Shown here in pieces: positions 19,692-28,844 of a stretch of DNA of 64,000 bases (positions are counted from its first letter, which is position 1; each line of letters begins with the position of its first letter). This DNA comes from Candidatus Bathyarchaeota archaeon. GTDB lineage: Archaea > Thermoproteota > Bathyarchaeia > Bathyarchaeales > Bathycorpusculaceae. The position numbers were made by a program, and so were the translations under genes. Location of the stretch: positions 32,001 through 96,000 of the forward strand of contig CAVZIW010000003.1 in NCBI GenBank assembly GCA_963775465.1. The letters are read 5' to 3'. The notes beneath the pieces are model-generated. The model was given only the letters and a program-made list of their open reading frames with translations. It was not told the DNA's origin and did no database searches.

Positions 19692-19983
19692 CTTCTCCTC
19701 CTTTGATGTATCCGTGACTCACACGTGATTTCCTCTGATTTAAGTTGTTGCATCACATATCACAGTATTTTCCATGGACTATTAAGTTTTATGGTGATCT
19801 TATCACATTATTAATATGACATCACACATCACAGTTCATTATTAACGATGCTTATCATGCTCGTGTATCTATAAATAGCCCTTATTTAGGCTTATTTTTA
19901 TAATTAGAACTTGAATATTGCGTTTAAGAGTATTTATATTTACTCCATGGAAATGCGAAAAAATATGTGATTTGTGACGTCAC
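19687..19983. repeat. GTGA/TCAC motif array 1
   Basis: 13 GTGA/TCAC tetramers; CATCACA(T/C)ATCACAGT at 19751-19766 and 19820-19835; palindromes GTGACTCAC, GTGATcttATCAC, GTGACGTCAC. Confidence 0.8.
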
Positions 19984-19994
19984 ACCTATCATTC

Positions 19995-20477
19995 TTAGGG
20001 GTTTGAAAGGCGTTTTAGGCTCGTTTCGAGCTCTATTCTGATGATTTCTATTACCTTTAGATGGTCTTTTAGTTCCTCTTCCTTACTAGGAATATCTTGG
20101 TGTGCCTCCACATATTCATGCAGTTTATTGGCTATTTCGAGGTAAGGGTCAAGAGTTGTTGTATCAAAAACACCCAAATAACCTAGAAGCAGTACTGTGT
20201 AAATGGACTTAATTACGTTTTCACGGGACTGTTTTAGGGTCCTATTAAAGGCGCCGCGGCTTATTTTAGCCTTTGTTAATCGTAAAGCAGCTTTTTCGTC
20301 GTACTTTAGCTGTTTCCCCGACAAATTTTCTGCTAAAACATCAATAAGAAGCGTTTCGAGCTGTGTTTTAGATAATTGGCTGTTTTTAGCCAAGATTTTG
20401 ACAATAGGGTCGTTTAAAGCGCCATTTAACCATGCTGTTACACTGTCTTTTAACTTCAAATTACTACTTATCTCCAT
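19995..20477 (-). CDS. Uncharacterised helical protein, probable HTH DNA-binding (Tfx-like pattern)
   Basis: LSKTQLETLL..YDEKAALR...ISRGAFNRTLKQSRENV resembles an HTH recognition helix; function inferred. Confidence 0.65.
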   Translation of the reverse strand: MEISSNLKLKDSVTAWLNGALNDPIVKILAKNSQLSKTQLETLLIDVLAENLSGKQLKYDEKAALRLTKAKISRGAFNRTLKQSRENVIKSIYTVLLLGYLGVFDTTTLDPYLEIANKLHEYVEAHQDIPSKEEELKDHLKVIEIIRIELETSLKRLSNP

Positions 20478-20836
20478 ATTATGAATGGATACAGTTTTGT
20501 ATACTAACTCCTGTTTTTAACCTTTATCCAACAATAAAAAGTACAATAGTTAATAATAAAACACCTAAAATTAAGATAAAATATAAAAACAAACCAATAG
20601 TTTGCCCAATTGCTGAGTTGGACGATGATTAGCTATATTTAACAAAAAATGGCTAAATCCTTGATTTATTATTCGAGCCAATAATTTAAAATTTAAATAA
20701 AAATGTACATTTATAATCAGCAGCCCTTTTTTTTAACATAGATTACGAAATTAAAACACACTTTTTTTAACGACAATCAAACGTCAAAGCATTAATTTCG
20801 ATCAAATACTTACCCGTGGTTACCTTGAAAGCCGTC

Positions 20837-20949
20837 GTGACGTCACTCCTCACAGCGAAATTACCGTGATTTTTGCATGAATCACTTGATATCACATAAC
20901 TGTGATCACCTTGTGATTTCGAACTCCACGGATTATCGCTTGTATGTGA
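20837..20949. repeat. GTGA/TCAC motif array 2
   Basis: 10 GTGA/TCAC tetramers in 113 bp, including GTGACGTCAC (20837-20846) and GTGATCAC (20902-20909). Confidence 0.8.
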
Positions 20950-20953
20950 CTTG

Positions 20954-21790
20954 TTAGAGTAATTCAGAATATTGCTTTAGTTTCTCGAAAAGTTCAGGTC
21001 GCAGATCTCGAAGGGTTGGAATAAATGCTTCAGCAGTCCTTAAATCAGCGTAATCCACTTCGCAGAGAACAAAGTCTTCCTCGTCATACTTTCCCTTTGC
21101 CAATACATCACCTGTTGGGCTTAGAAGACGACTTCCACCCCAGAATTGCAAGCCGTCCTCCACGCCAGATAGGTTAACGTAGGCAAGGTAAGCCGTATTC
21201 TCGAGTGCTCTGGCAGCGGTTAGTATTTCAAAATAGCTTCTGCGCACTGCCGGTGATGCGGAAATACAAACTAAGAGTTGCGCGCCCTTCAAACGGGATA
21301 GCCGAAACACTTCTGGAAAGAAAACATCGTAGCAAATCGTTAACCCGATATTGCCCAAGTCGGTTTGGAAGACAGCTGGTTCATGACCAGAACGAAAATA
21401 CCTCTTTTCTTCAAACACGCTATGGGTCGGCAGGTACATTTTGCGATATTTGCCGATTAAACCCCTGGGGCCAATTATAACGCTGGTGTTGTAGATGGTC
21501 GCTTTGGTATTCTCGCATAGCTCAGGCATCCCAAAAATTATGTGCATCTTTGTTTTCTTTGCTAAATTCTCAATCTGTTGGACTGATGATCCTGTAATTG
21601 GTTCTGCTAATTCGTAGACTTGATCGTGAAGTACGTATCCTGTTAGTGACATTTCAGGGAAGATCGCTAGGGCTGCTCCTTTTTGCTTAGCTCTTTTTGT
21701 TAGCTCCTCGATTTTCTGCAGATTAGCCGCTTTGTTTTCTCTTTTGCTGCTTATTTGACAGAGAGCAAGTTTGATTTTATCTTTCATCAA
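20954..21790 (-). CDS. Carbon-nitrogen hydrolase (nitrilase superfamily)
   Basis: FPEMSLTGY, KYRKMYL, ICYDVFFPE (Glu-Lys-Cys triad), ARALEN. Confidence 0.92.
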   Translation of the reverse strand: MMKDKIKLALCQISSKRENKAANLQKIEELTKRAKQKGAALAIFPEMSLTGYVLHDQVYELAEPITGSSVQQIENLAKKTKMHIIFGMPELCENTKATIYNTSVIIGPRGLIGKYRKMYLPTHSVFEEKRYFRSGHEPAVFQTDLGNIGLTICYDVFFPEVFRLSRLKGAQLLVCISASPAVRRSYFEILTAARALENTAYLAYVNLSGVEDGLQFWGGSRLLSPTGDVLAKGKYDEEDFVLCEVDYADLRTAEAFIPTLRDLRPELFEKLKQYSELL

Positions 21791-21798
21791 AGTCCTCT

Positions 21799-22641
21799 CT
21801 AGTAGGTGTGTCTAGGGAGCCTAAAATCATTTCCCACCGTTCGAAAGCCTAGCTTCGCAGGAAGAGGCATTCGTCTTTTATGTTCGTTTGATATCCAACG
21901 TTTTTTGATTTTGTCAACGATTGTGAGATCGAGATCAAGTTGGTTAGCAATTTCTTTACTCTTCATAAATCGTTCGAGTCCATACAGAATAAGGTCAAGT
22001 GTTTCGTAATTGATTTTAAGCTCTGACTCGGCTAACTGGTTTGGCCAAAGTGCTGGTGTAGAGGGTTTTAACGCAAGTTCTTCTGAGATTCCAAGATGAC
22101 ACGCTAGCTTTCTTACCTGAAGCTTGTAGAGGTCGATTATTGGGGCTATATCAGCTGCGGCGTCTCCCCACTTAGTAAAGTAGCCCATCATTGTCTCCGA
22201 CTTATCAGAGGTTCCACAGACTATGCGGTTTTGCTTATTAGCATAGAAGTATAGTAAAATCATCCTTGTTCTTGCTTTGATATTTCCTTTGCAAAGACGG
22301 TCAACAGGATCAAACGCAGGGATTCTCTGATAGAAGCTTTTCAGGACGTCTGTCATGTCGATGGTTTGAGTTTCTAATTGGAATTGATCGGCAATTGTTT
22401 GGGCGTCTTCTATATCTTTGCGTTTAAAGGTCTCTTTCTCCGGAAGCATAAGTGCTAAAACATTTTTTCCGCCTATGGCTTTGCTTGAGAGTGCGGCTGC
22501 TGTTGCACTATCCACTCCACCGCTAAGTCCCAAAACGATGCCTTGAGCACCTGCTTTTTCCACGTATTCTTTGATGAAACGGCAGACTCTTTTTTCTACC
22601 GTTGAAAAATCCATGTCTAGTACATTAGGCGTTAACTTCAC
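21799..22641 (-). CDS. nadE: NH3-dependent NAD+ synthetase
   Basis: GLSGGVDS, GNIKARTRM, GYFTKWGD, KPSTPALW, EHKRR. Confidence 0.95.
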   Translation of the reverse strand: MKLTPNVLDMDFSTVEKRVCRFIKEYVEKAGAQGIVLGLSGGVDSATAAALSSKAIGGKNVLALMLPEKETFKRKDIEDAQTIADQFQLETQTIDMTDVLKSFYQRIPAFDPVDRLCKGNIKARTRMILLYFYANKQNRIVCGTSDKSETMMGYFTKWGDAAADIAPIIDLYKLQVRKLACHLGISEELALKPSTPALWPNQLAESELKINYETLDLILYGLERFMKSKEIANQLDLDLTIVDKIKKRWISNEHKRRMPLPAKLGFRTVGNDFRLPRHTY

Positions 22642-22738
22642 GTTTTACGCAGCCTCACTGTCAAAGTTTGTAGGCAAGTATTTAAGAACAAGCGTAAATA
22701 TTTAATGACCATTATCGAAAGATGAAGAAGGTTAAAAG

Positions 22739-23008
22739 ATGGGGCGAAGAAGGAAAAAAGTTGTTCACATTCCAAAGAAACGTTTACCTAAATTCTTCTC
22801 TTGCCCTACATGCGGAAAAGAAACCGTGCGCGTGGAGATAAATAGAGAAGATGGAGGTCGTTCAATTGCACAATGCAGCAGTTGCGGACTTCAGGAAGAA
22901 TTTCAAATTAAACAAGCTCAAGGTGAAGTTGACGTTTACTGTATGCTGACCGATAGAATCTACGGATCACAAAAAAGGACACCTGTAACAAACTCTAAAG
23001 AAGAGTAA
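22739..23008 (+). CDS. elf1: Transcription elongation factor Elf1
   Basis: MGRRRKK..LPKFFSCPTC..CSSCG..VDVY. Confidence 0.9.
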   Translation: MGRRRKKVVHIPKKRLPKFFSCPTCGKETVRVEINREDGGRSIAQCSSCGLQEEFQIKQAQGEVDVYCMLTDRIYGSQKRTPVTNSKEE

Positions 23009-23788
23009 TTGAAGGATATTACTGCCATGGTAGGGCATATAGAAAAGTACTTGATTGAAAAAATTAAGAAAGACGGCTCAATTCACATAACCCTTATTGA
23101 CCCAGAAAAAGTTACAGCAGAAGGGGCCGCTACTATTTCTGAAAACTCCAAGAACAGTGGAACAACGGCAATAATGATTGGAGGATCAACCTTTTCCTCA
23201 CAAAGCCACCTTGATGATGTAGTTAAAGCAATAAAATCCAAAATAGACATCCCTGCTATACTCTTCCCAAACAACGTCACAGGTATCAGTTGTCACGCTG
23301 ACGCTATTTGGTTCATGTCCCTGCTAAATTCAGTTGACCCATATTTCCTCATAGGAGCTCAAATTCTTGGTGCTCCACTAGTTAAAAAATATGGTGTGGA
23401 GCCAATTTCGATGGGATATATTATTGTAGGTGACGGAGGAGCAGCTGGCGTAGTAGGAAAAGCAATCTCAGTTCCTTATAACAAGCCTGACCTTGCAGCT
23501 GCACATGCTTTAGCTGGGCAATATCTTGGTATGCGATTCATCTACCTAGAAGGGGGCTCAGGCACTGCTATTCCCGTACCGACAGAAATGATTAGAGCAG
23601 TTAAACATTTGATCGATGTTCCTCTTATCGTCGGTGGAGGGATACGGACCAAAGAGCAAGCTTTAGCAGCAGCGTCCTCAGGTGCCGACGTAATTGTAAC
23701 AGGAAACGTAACGGAATCCAGTGATGCGACGCAAAGAATTGCAGAAATGGTAAGCACAATTAAAGGATCAAAGAAAACTCAGGCTTGA
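23009..23788 (+). CDS. Geranylgeranylglyceryl phosphate synthase
   Basis: TLIDPEK, IMIGGS, ILFP, SLLNS, YLEGGSG, VGGGIR, VTGN. Confidence 0.93.
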   Translation: MKDITAMVGHIEKYLIEKIKKDGSIHITLIDPEKVTAEGAATISENSKNSGTTAIMIGGSTFSSQSHLDDVVKAIKSKIDIPAILFPNNVTGISCHADAIWFMSLLNSVDPYFLIGAQILGAPLVKKYGVEPISMGYIIVGDGGAAGVVGKAISVPYNKPDLAAAHALAGQYLGMRFIYLEGGSGTAIPVPTEMIRAVKHLIDVPLIVGGGIRTKEQALAAASSGADVIVTGNVTESSDATQRIAEMVSTIKGSKKTQA

Positions 23789-23874
23789 TAATAAAGTCAA
23801 GGCTGAATTTTTCAGGATAGTTTAGAAAGCCAAAATAACCTATTCATTATTATTCGTTCAGGTGTGCTGTAGAT

Positions 23875-26800
23875 TTGAACATTAGCAACGGCTATAAAAA
23901 TTATATAGACACATTAGATGAACTACTAAAGGAATTATACACCATTAGCGACAGCACTCGATCCAGAGGACTTGATCCCGCCCTAAGAACTGAGTGTATA
24001 CGCGCTCAAGACATTGCAGACTTAGTCGAGGGTTTAGTTGGACCAAAACACGTCGCTCTTAGCATCCGCCAACACAGTTCGAAGATGCCCAGAGAAGAAG
24101 TTGCTTTTAAGGTTGCACAAGAAATTGCTCAAGGCAAATTCGCTCAAGGCGAGCAAGGGCAAGAACAATTAGCTGAACAAGCGATTAGAACTGCACTTGC
24201 AATTTTTACTGAAGGCTTAACTGCAGCACCAATTCAAGGTATCGCTCAAGTAAAAGTAAAAACAAACGCTGACAGAACTCGTTACCTAGCAGTATATTTC
24301 GCTGGTCCTATTCGTTCAGCAGGAGGCACTGACCAAGCCTTAACACTAGTCGTGGGGGATTATGTGCGACGTGAACTTAATCTTGATAAATATAAACCCA
24401 CCGAGGAAGAAGTCTCCCGCTTTATTGAGGAACTGCGTCTGTACGAACGCTCCGTTGGACGATTTCAATATCACATTCCGGATGAGGAGCTGAGAAAAGC
24501 GCTTAACCTAATTCCAGTTGAATGTACAGGTACTGAATCAGACCCGGTTGAAGTTTCCTCCTACAGAAATTTGGAAAGAGTTGAAACAAACCGTGTTAGG
24601 GGAGGCGCTCTAAGAGTTGTCAACGACGGAATTGTTGGGCGCGCCCAGAAAGTGTACGTAATCATTGAAAAGTTAGGTTTTCAAGGTTGGGAATGGCTAA
24701 AAAACTTCAAGAAGAAATCTGAAAAAAAATCCGGAGGGTTTATGGATGATGTTATTGCAGGTCGGCCAATTTTTGCTTTTCCATCTACTCGTGGTGGTTT
24801 CAGACTGAGATATGGTAGGTCAAGAAACACTGGGCTCTCGGCTGTAGGTATTCATCCTGCAACAATGTTGGTAGTTGAAAGGTTTCTTGCTGCTGGCACA
24901 CAAATGCGTTTGGAACTACCCGGTAAAGGCGGGGTTACGATGCCTGTAGATAGCATCGAGAAGCCCGTGGTTTTGCTCAAAGATGGTTCTGTAGTTCGGG
25001 TATCACTTCAAAATTATCCAGAAGTTAAAGGCAAAATTCAAAAAATACTCTTCTTGGGGGACATACTCATAGATTTTGGAGATTTCCTCTATTGCAACAA
25101 AACGCTTCAACCGTCTGGTTATGTTGAAGAATGGTGGGCAAAAGATCTCAAGAACGCAATTAACTCAAAATTTGAAGATAACATTAAAAAAGCTTCAGAT
25201 TTGTCTACTTTATCTATAGAGACTTTGGAGGCTTTCATATTTGATCCCTTCCAAAACAAGCCAACTGTAAAAGAGGCAATTGTTCTTAGTCAAAATTTGG
25301 GTGTTCCACTATCTCCTAACTGCACATTTTTCTGGACAAGTTTAACCAGTTCTAAGGAAGTTGAAGCGCTGCAAAAATGGCTGGCTTGCTGTGATGTCAC
25401 CGTTGAAAATGGAGTTGCTTCCAAAATAGCTGGTCCCGATAATAATGAAGTCGTCAAGGCGCTCCGAAAAATTTTAGCTCCACATAGAATCGTAGATGGA
25501 AAAGTGGTGTTATACGGTGAAGATGCTGCTGCCTTTGGGTTTACTCTTGGTTTTGGTACATCACGACTGACGCAACCTTTGCCAGCAGTTACGGTTTTAG
25601 AGGCACTGAATCTATTATCGGATGTTCAAATCAAGGATAAAGCGCCAACTTATGTGGGGGGACGCATGGGCAGACCCGAAAAAGCAAAACACCGCGAAAT
25701 GAAACCCCTAGTTCACGTCCTTTTTCCAGTCAGTTTGAAGGGCGGTTCTCACAGAGATTTGATGGAAGCTGCTCGGCAAGGACCAGTGTTTGTTGAATTA
25801 GCTAAACGTAAATGCCCAACCTGCAAAACTTATAGTCTAAAGATTCATTGTCCAAACTGTAACTGCGAAACTATGCCAGAGAAGAGTTGCCCGCGCTGCG
25901 GCAGAAGCGTAAAAGACGCAGGGTGCCCAATATGCAAAACCGATGGAGTCATGTATCATAAACAACCTGTAAATTTTAAGGAAATGTTGGAAACCGCCGC
26001 TAACGTTCTCGGTTGTCAGCTTCCCAAGATGTTGCGTGGTGTTAAGGGCTTAACTAATCAGGATAAGACTCCGGAAATTATCGAAAAAGGGATCCTAAGG
26101 GCAAAGCATGGTCTATCTGTTTATAAAGATGGAACTATACGTTTTGACGCAACCAACGCGCCCTTAACTCATATTTCACCAAGCGAGATTGGTGTCTCTA
26201 TAGAGAAAATGCATCAGATGGGCTATTTGTCAGACATTAATGGCTTGCCCTTAACTGATCTTATGCAAATTTGCGAATTAAAGATACAAGATGTTGTGAT
26301 ACCTTGGCGGGCAGGCGAATATTTTGTTCAGATAGCTAACTTCATCGATGATCTTTTGACTCGGGTCTACAAGCAACCAGCATTCTATAATGTAAAAGAT
26401 GCGTCGGACATGGTTGGGCAACTTATTTTCGGGTTAGCGCCTCATACCTGTGCTTGTATCTTAGGTCGAGTGGTTGGATTTACTGATCGTAATGTTATCT
26501 ATGCTCACCCAGTTTGGCATTCAGCCAAACGCAGAGATTGTGATGGTGATGAAGATGCAATAATGCTTGGTCTTGATACTCTCATCAACTTTTCTAGGGT
26601 CTATCTTCCAGCTCAAATTGGGGGAATCATGGATGCCCCAATCTTGCTCATTCCTTTCGTGAACACTAAGGAAGTACAGCGACAAGCTCACGACTTTGAC
26701 GTTAGCTCTAGTTATCCAATAGAGTTCTACCACAAGACTTTGGAAAGGTATGATGCTCGACCAGCTAGCGCCCTTATGGATGTTGTCGGCCATCGATTAG

Positions 26801-27291
26801 GTACTGAAGCACAGTTTGAAGGCTTTCAATATACCACGCCATGCACTAACATCAATTTGGGAAACGCCAACAGTTCCTACAAGGAATTCAAATCTATGAT
26901 TGACAAGCTAGATATGCAGTTGGCGTTAGGAGAAAAAATCGATGCGGTTGATGCTAGGCGTGTTGCTCTTAAGGTTCTTAATACGCATTTCATGCGTGAT
27001 ATTGCAGGTAACATGCGAGCCTTTTCAACACAGGGATTTCGCTGCAAATCATGTAACAAGAAATTTCGTCGTTTACCCCTTAAAGGAAAATGTCCTTTTT
27101 GCGGTGGAAACTTGACGCTTACGGTATATCGTGGAGGTATCGAGAAGTATCTTGTTGCTGCCCAGCAACTTGTTGATAAATATGGTTTACCCAAGTATTA
27201 CACGCAACGAATGGATTTGATTAAAGAAGAGATTGCAGCTATGTTTGATAATAAGAAACCCAAACAATCAACCCTTTTTGACTTTAAGTAG
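23875..27291 (+). CDS. polC: DNA polymerase D large subunit DP2
   Basis: AGPIRSAGGT, GGFRLRYGRSRNTG, GRMGRPEKAK, AKRRDCDGDED catalytic motif, C-terminal Zn finger and PIP-like QSTLFDF; no intein. Confidence 0.98.
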   Translation: MNISNGYKNYIDTLDELLKELYTISDSTRSRGLDPALRTECIRAQDIADLVEGLVGPKHVALSIRQHSSKMPREEVAFKVAQEIAQGKFAQGEQGQEQLAEQAIRTALAIFTEGLTAAPIQGIAQVKVKTNADRTRYLAVYFAGPIRSAGGTDQALTLVVGDYVRRELNLDKYKPTEEEVSRFIEELRLYERSVGRFQYHIPDEELRKALNLIPVECTGTESDPVEVSSYRNLERVETNRVRGGALRVVNDGIVGRAQKVYVIIEKLGFQGWEWLKNFKKKSEKKSGGFMDDVIAGRPIFAFPSTRGGFRLRYGRSRNTGLSAVGIHPATMLVVERFLAAGTQMRLELPGKGGVTMPVDSIEKPVVLLKDGSVVRVSLQNYPEVKGKIQKILFLGDILIDFGDFLYCNKTLQPSGYVEEWWAKDLKNAINSKFEDNIKKASDLSTLSIETLEAFIFDPFQNKPTVKEAIVLSQNLGVPLSPNCTFFWTSLTSSKEVEALQKWLACCDVTVENGVASKIAGPDNNEVVKALRKILAPHRIVDGKVVLYGEDAAAFGFTLGFGTSRLTQPLPAVTVLEALNLLSDVQIKDKAPTYVGGRMGRPEKAKHREMKPLVHVLFPVSLKGGSHRDLMEAARQGPVFVELAKRKCPTCKTYSLKIHCPNCNCETMPEKSCPRCGRSVKDAGCPICKTDGVMYHKQPVNFKEMLETAANVLGCQLPKMLRGVKGLTNQDKTPEIIEKGILRAKHGLSVYKDGTIRFDATNAPLTHISPSEIGVSIEKMHQMGYLSDINGLPLTDLMQICELKIQDVVIPWRAGEYFVQIANFIDDLLTRVYKQPAFYNVKDASDMVGQLIFGLAPHTCACILGRVVGFTDRNVIYAHPVWHSAKRRDCDGDEDAIMLGLDTLINFSRVYLPAQIGGIMDAPILLIPFVNTKEVQRQAHDFDVSSSYPIEFYHKTLERYDARPASALMDVVGHRLGTEAQFEGFQYTTPCTNINLGNANSSYKEFKSMIDKLDMQLALGEKIDAVDARRVALKVLNTHFMRDIAGNMRAFSTQGFRCKSCNKKFRRLPLKGKCPFCGGNLTLTVYRGGIEKYLVAAQQLVDKYGLPKYYTQRMDLIKEEIAAMFDNKKPKQSTLFDFK

Positions 27292-27338
27292 CTAAAGCTT
27301 TTCAAGCCAAACAGCATCTTCTCTATCGGTGAGTAAAA

Positions 27339-27599
27339 ATTAATCAAACATGTCATCCTAACGCCTACCTTAAGAACATAAGGAACGTAAAGAGTGGAAT
27401 TGCTGCCCGAAGCAAAATCCTCATGTTGCTGGATGAACAAGGGTCTAGTGCAATCAATATTGCCGAAAAAGGTGCTTTAACCTATAGTATTGTATTATAC
27501 CACCTTCATCTTTTAAAAAACGAAGGTACAGTGGAACGGAAAGGCAGAAGGCGGTATGTTTGGCTTTCGTCTGGTTATGGTCAGAAACGTCTAAGTTAA
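27339..27599 (+). CDS. Small ArsR-like winged HTH protein (ATT start)
   Basis: My translation INQTCHPNAYLKNIRNVKSGIAARSKILMLL...YSIVLYHLHLLKNEGTVERKGRRRYVW...GQKRLS*; GGTGAG upstream; missing from ORF track. Confidence 0.75.
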   Translation: MNQTCHPNAYLKNIRNVKSGIAARSKILMLLDEQGSSAINIAEKGALTYSIVLYHLHLLKNEGTVERKGRRRYVWLSSGYGQKRLS

Positions 27600-27883
27600 A
27601 AAGTGCATGAGCATGGTAAGCTTTGGCATTTTGGACATTTATAGCTGTACTTGTCAGCGGTCGCTTTTTCTAAGTCAATTCCCATTATGTTGGCAAGGGA
27701 TGCAAGCCAAGCAATGACGTCTGCAAACTCTTTTTCTGTTGCTTCACGGTTACACCCTTTGAGTTCTTCACCCAATTCAGCGACTTCGTCAACAAGCCAA
27801 TTAAATGTGCCCTCTACTCCTCTCTTAGAATCTCTTTTTAAGTAGAGTTGTTTCATCATTTCTTGAAATTCTCGGATTTGCAT
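27596..27883 (-). CDS. MazG-like nucleotide pyrophosphohydrolase
   Basis: WLVDEVAELGE, EFADVIAWLASLAN, C-terminal CPKC..PC.C. Confidence 0.9.
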   Translation of the reverse strand: MQIREFQEMMKQLYLKRDSKRGVEGTFNWLVDEVAELGEELKGCNREATEKEFADVIAWLASLANIMGIDLEKATADKYSYKCPKCQSLPCSCTF

Positions 27884-28118
27884 TGAAATTCACTGTTTAG
27901 GGTTAATTTCTTGGGCGTTATAAAGGTTAAAACTGTTTAGGCTATTCTTATTTGACTGATGCTTTTGTATACCGACACTCTCAAAGTTGACCTGCTGACT
28001 TCCAAAAAAAATGCCCCTTTGTTGAGTATTTTGGGTTTATTGGGTATGTCGGCGCAAGATTAATTAGTGCAAGCAATATTAGGCATGTATCAAAATAATC
28101 TGTTATAGGGATGTTAAC

Positions 28119-28292
28119 GTGAGCCGACGCAAAAAGAAAGAAACAGGGCCGATGCCTGCTGCTAGTGCGGGATTGTTGCGTTTCTTCGAGGAAGAAACTG
28201 AAGGTGTAAAAATTAGGCCTGAGCTACTTGTGGTTCTTTCTGTTTCGTTGATAGTTGTCTCTGTTTTAGCTAAAATCTTCTTTGGAGGCTAA
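28119..28292 (+). CDS. Preprotein translocase subunit Sec61beta/SecG
   Basis: My translation MSRRKKKETGPMPAASAGLLRFFEEETEGVKIRPELLVVLSVSLIVVSVLAKIFFGG*; SAGL.RFF.E motif plus C-terminal TM. Confidence 0.92.
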   Translation: MSRRKKKETGPMPAASAGLLRFFEEETEGVKIRPELLVVLSVSLIVVSVLAKIFFGG

Positions 28293-28299
28293 TTTTTTA

Positions 28300-28590
28300 T
28301 TAGCGTCTTGGCGCTGCAGTGTGCAAGACTTCTATTCTCTGAACAGAGTTTAAATGTAGAAATAGTTCGCTTCTTTCTTCTCGACTAGCAATCTGAGGAA
28401 TAGGTTGAGCTATGGTTGATCTTAGAACGATTGCTTCAGCATCAGATAGCCATATTCCAGAAGGCTCATGCGTAACTGCAGCTAATGTACCTTCAAAACC
28501 GTAGGCGGGATCTAAAATAACTCTAATTTTATTGCCCACATTTCGTTCCAGCATGTGAAATATCGATGGAGGCAAATTTTGGTCTGGCAT
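28300..28590 (-). CDS. Sm/Lsm-like RNA-binding protein (divergent)
   Basis: VGNKIRVIL....FEGTLAAV....IWLSDAE (Sm1) and ELFLHLNSVQRIEV (Sm2-like). Confidence 0.7.
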   Translation of the reverse strand: MPDQNLPPSIFHMLERNVGNKIRVILDPAYGFEGTLAAVTHEPSGIWLSDAEAIVLRSTIAQPIPQIASREERSELFLHLNSVQRIEVLHTAAPRR

Positions 28591-28844
28591 AAGCCTAGCA
28601 AATTAATATGATTGTGCATCTAAAGATAAAACAGTTCCCCTATCGCTGTATGTTGCTTTCTTCGGTCATGAAGATTAAAGATCCTTTGAGGACCTTGCCT
28701 TTTGATATTTTCATGATAAATGGTTGCCTTGTCTGTTTTGTGTTATAGAAAAAAATGTCTTTAATGTGCAGCAATCGTAGTCTAATCTAGCTAAAATTTA
28801 ATAGTTAAGGGTCCTTCCTTAAAAGACGAATTTAAGGTGGAAGA

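Noticed and set aside
20432-20632. 66-aa plus-strand ORF in the AT-rich spacer
   Set aside because: Low-complexity, overlaps the start of the real minus-strand gene and has no SD
19687-20949. TCAC arrays as a CRISPR array
   Set aside because: No 24-47 bp repeats with regular unique spacers and no cas genes
23875-27291. Inteins in DP2 (also checked MCM and Cdc6)
   Set aside because: Lengths are normal and no intein splice motifs interrupt the conserved sites
28665-28740. Second possible C/D box sRNA (ATGAAGA...TTGA...ATGATAA...CTGT)
   Set aside because: No proper D box or terminal stem
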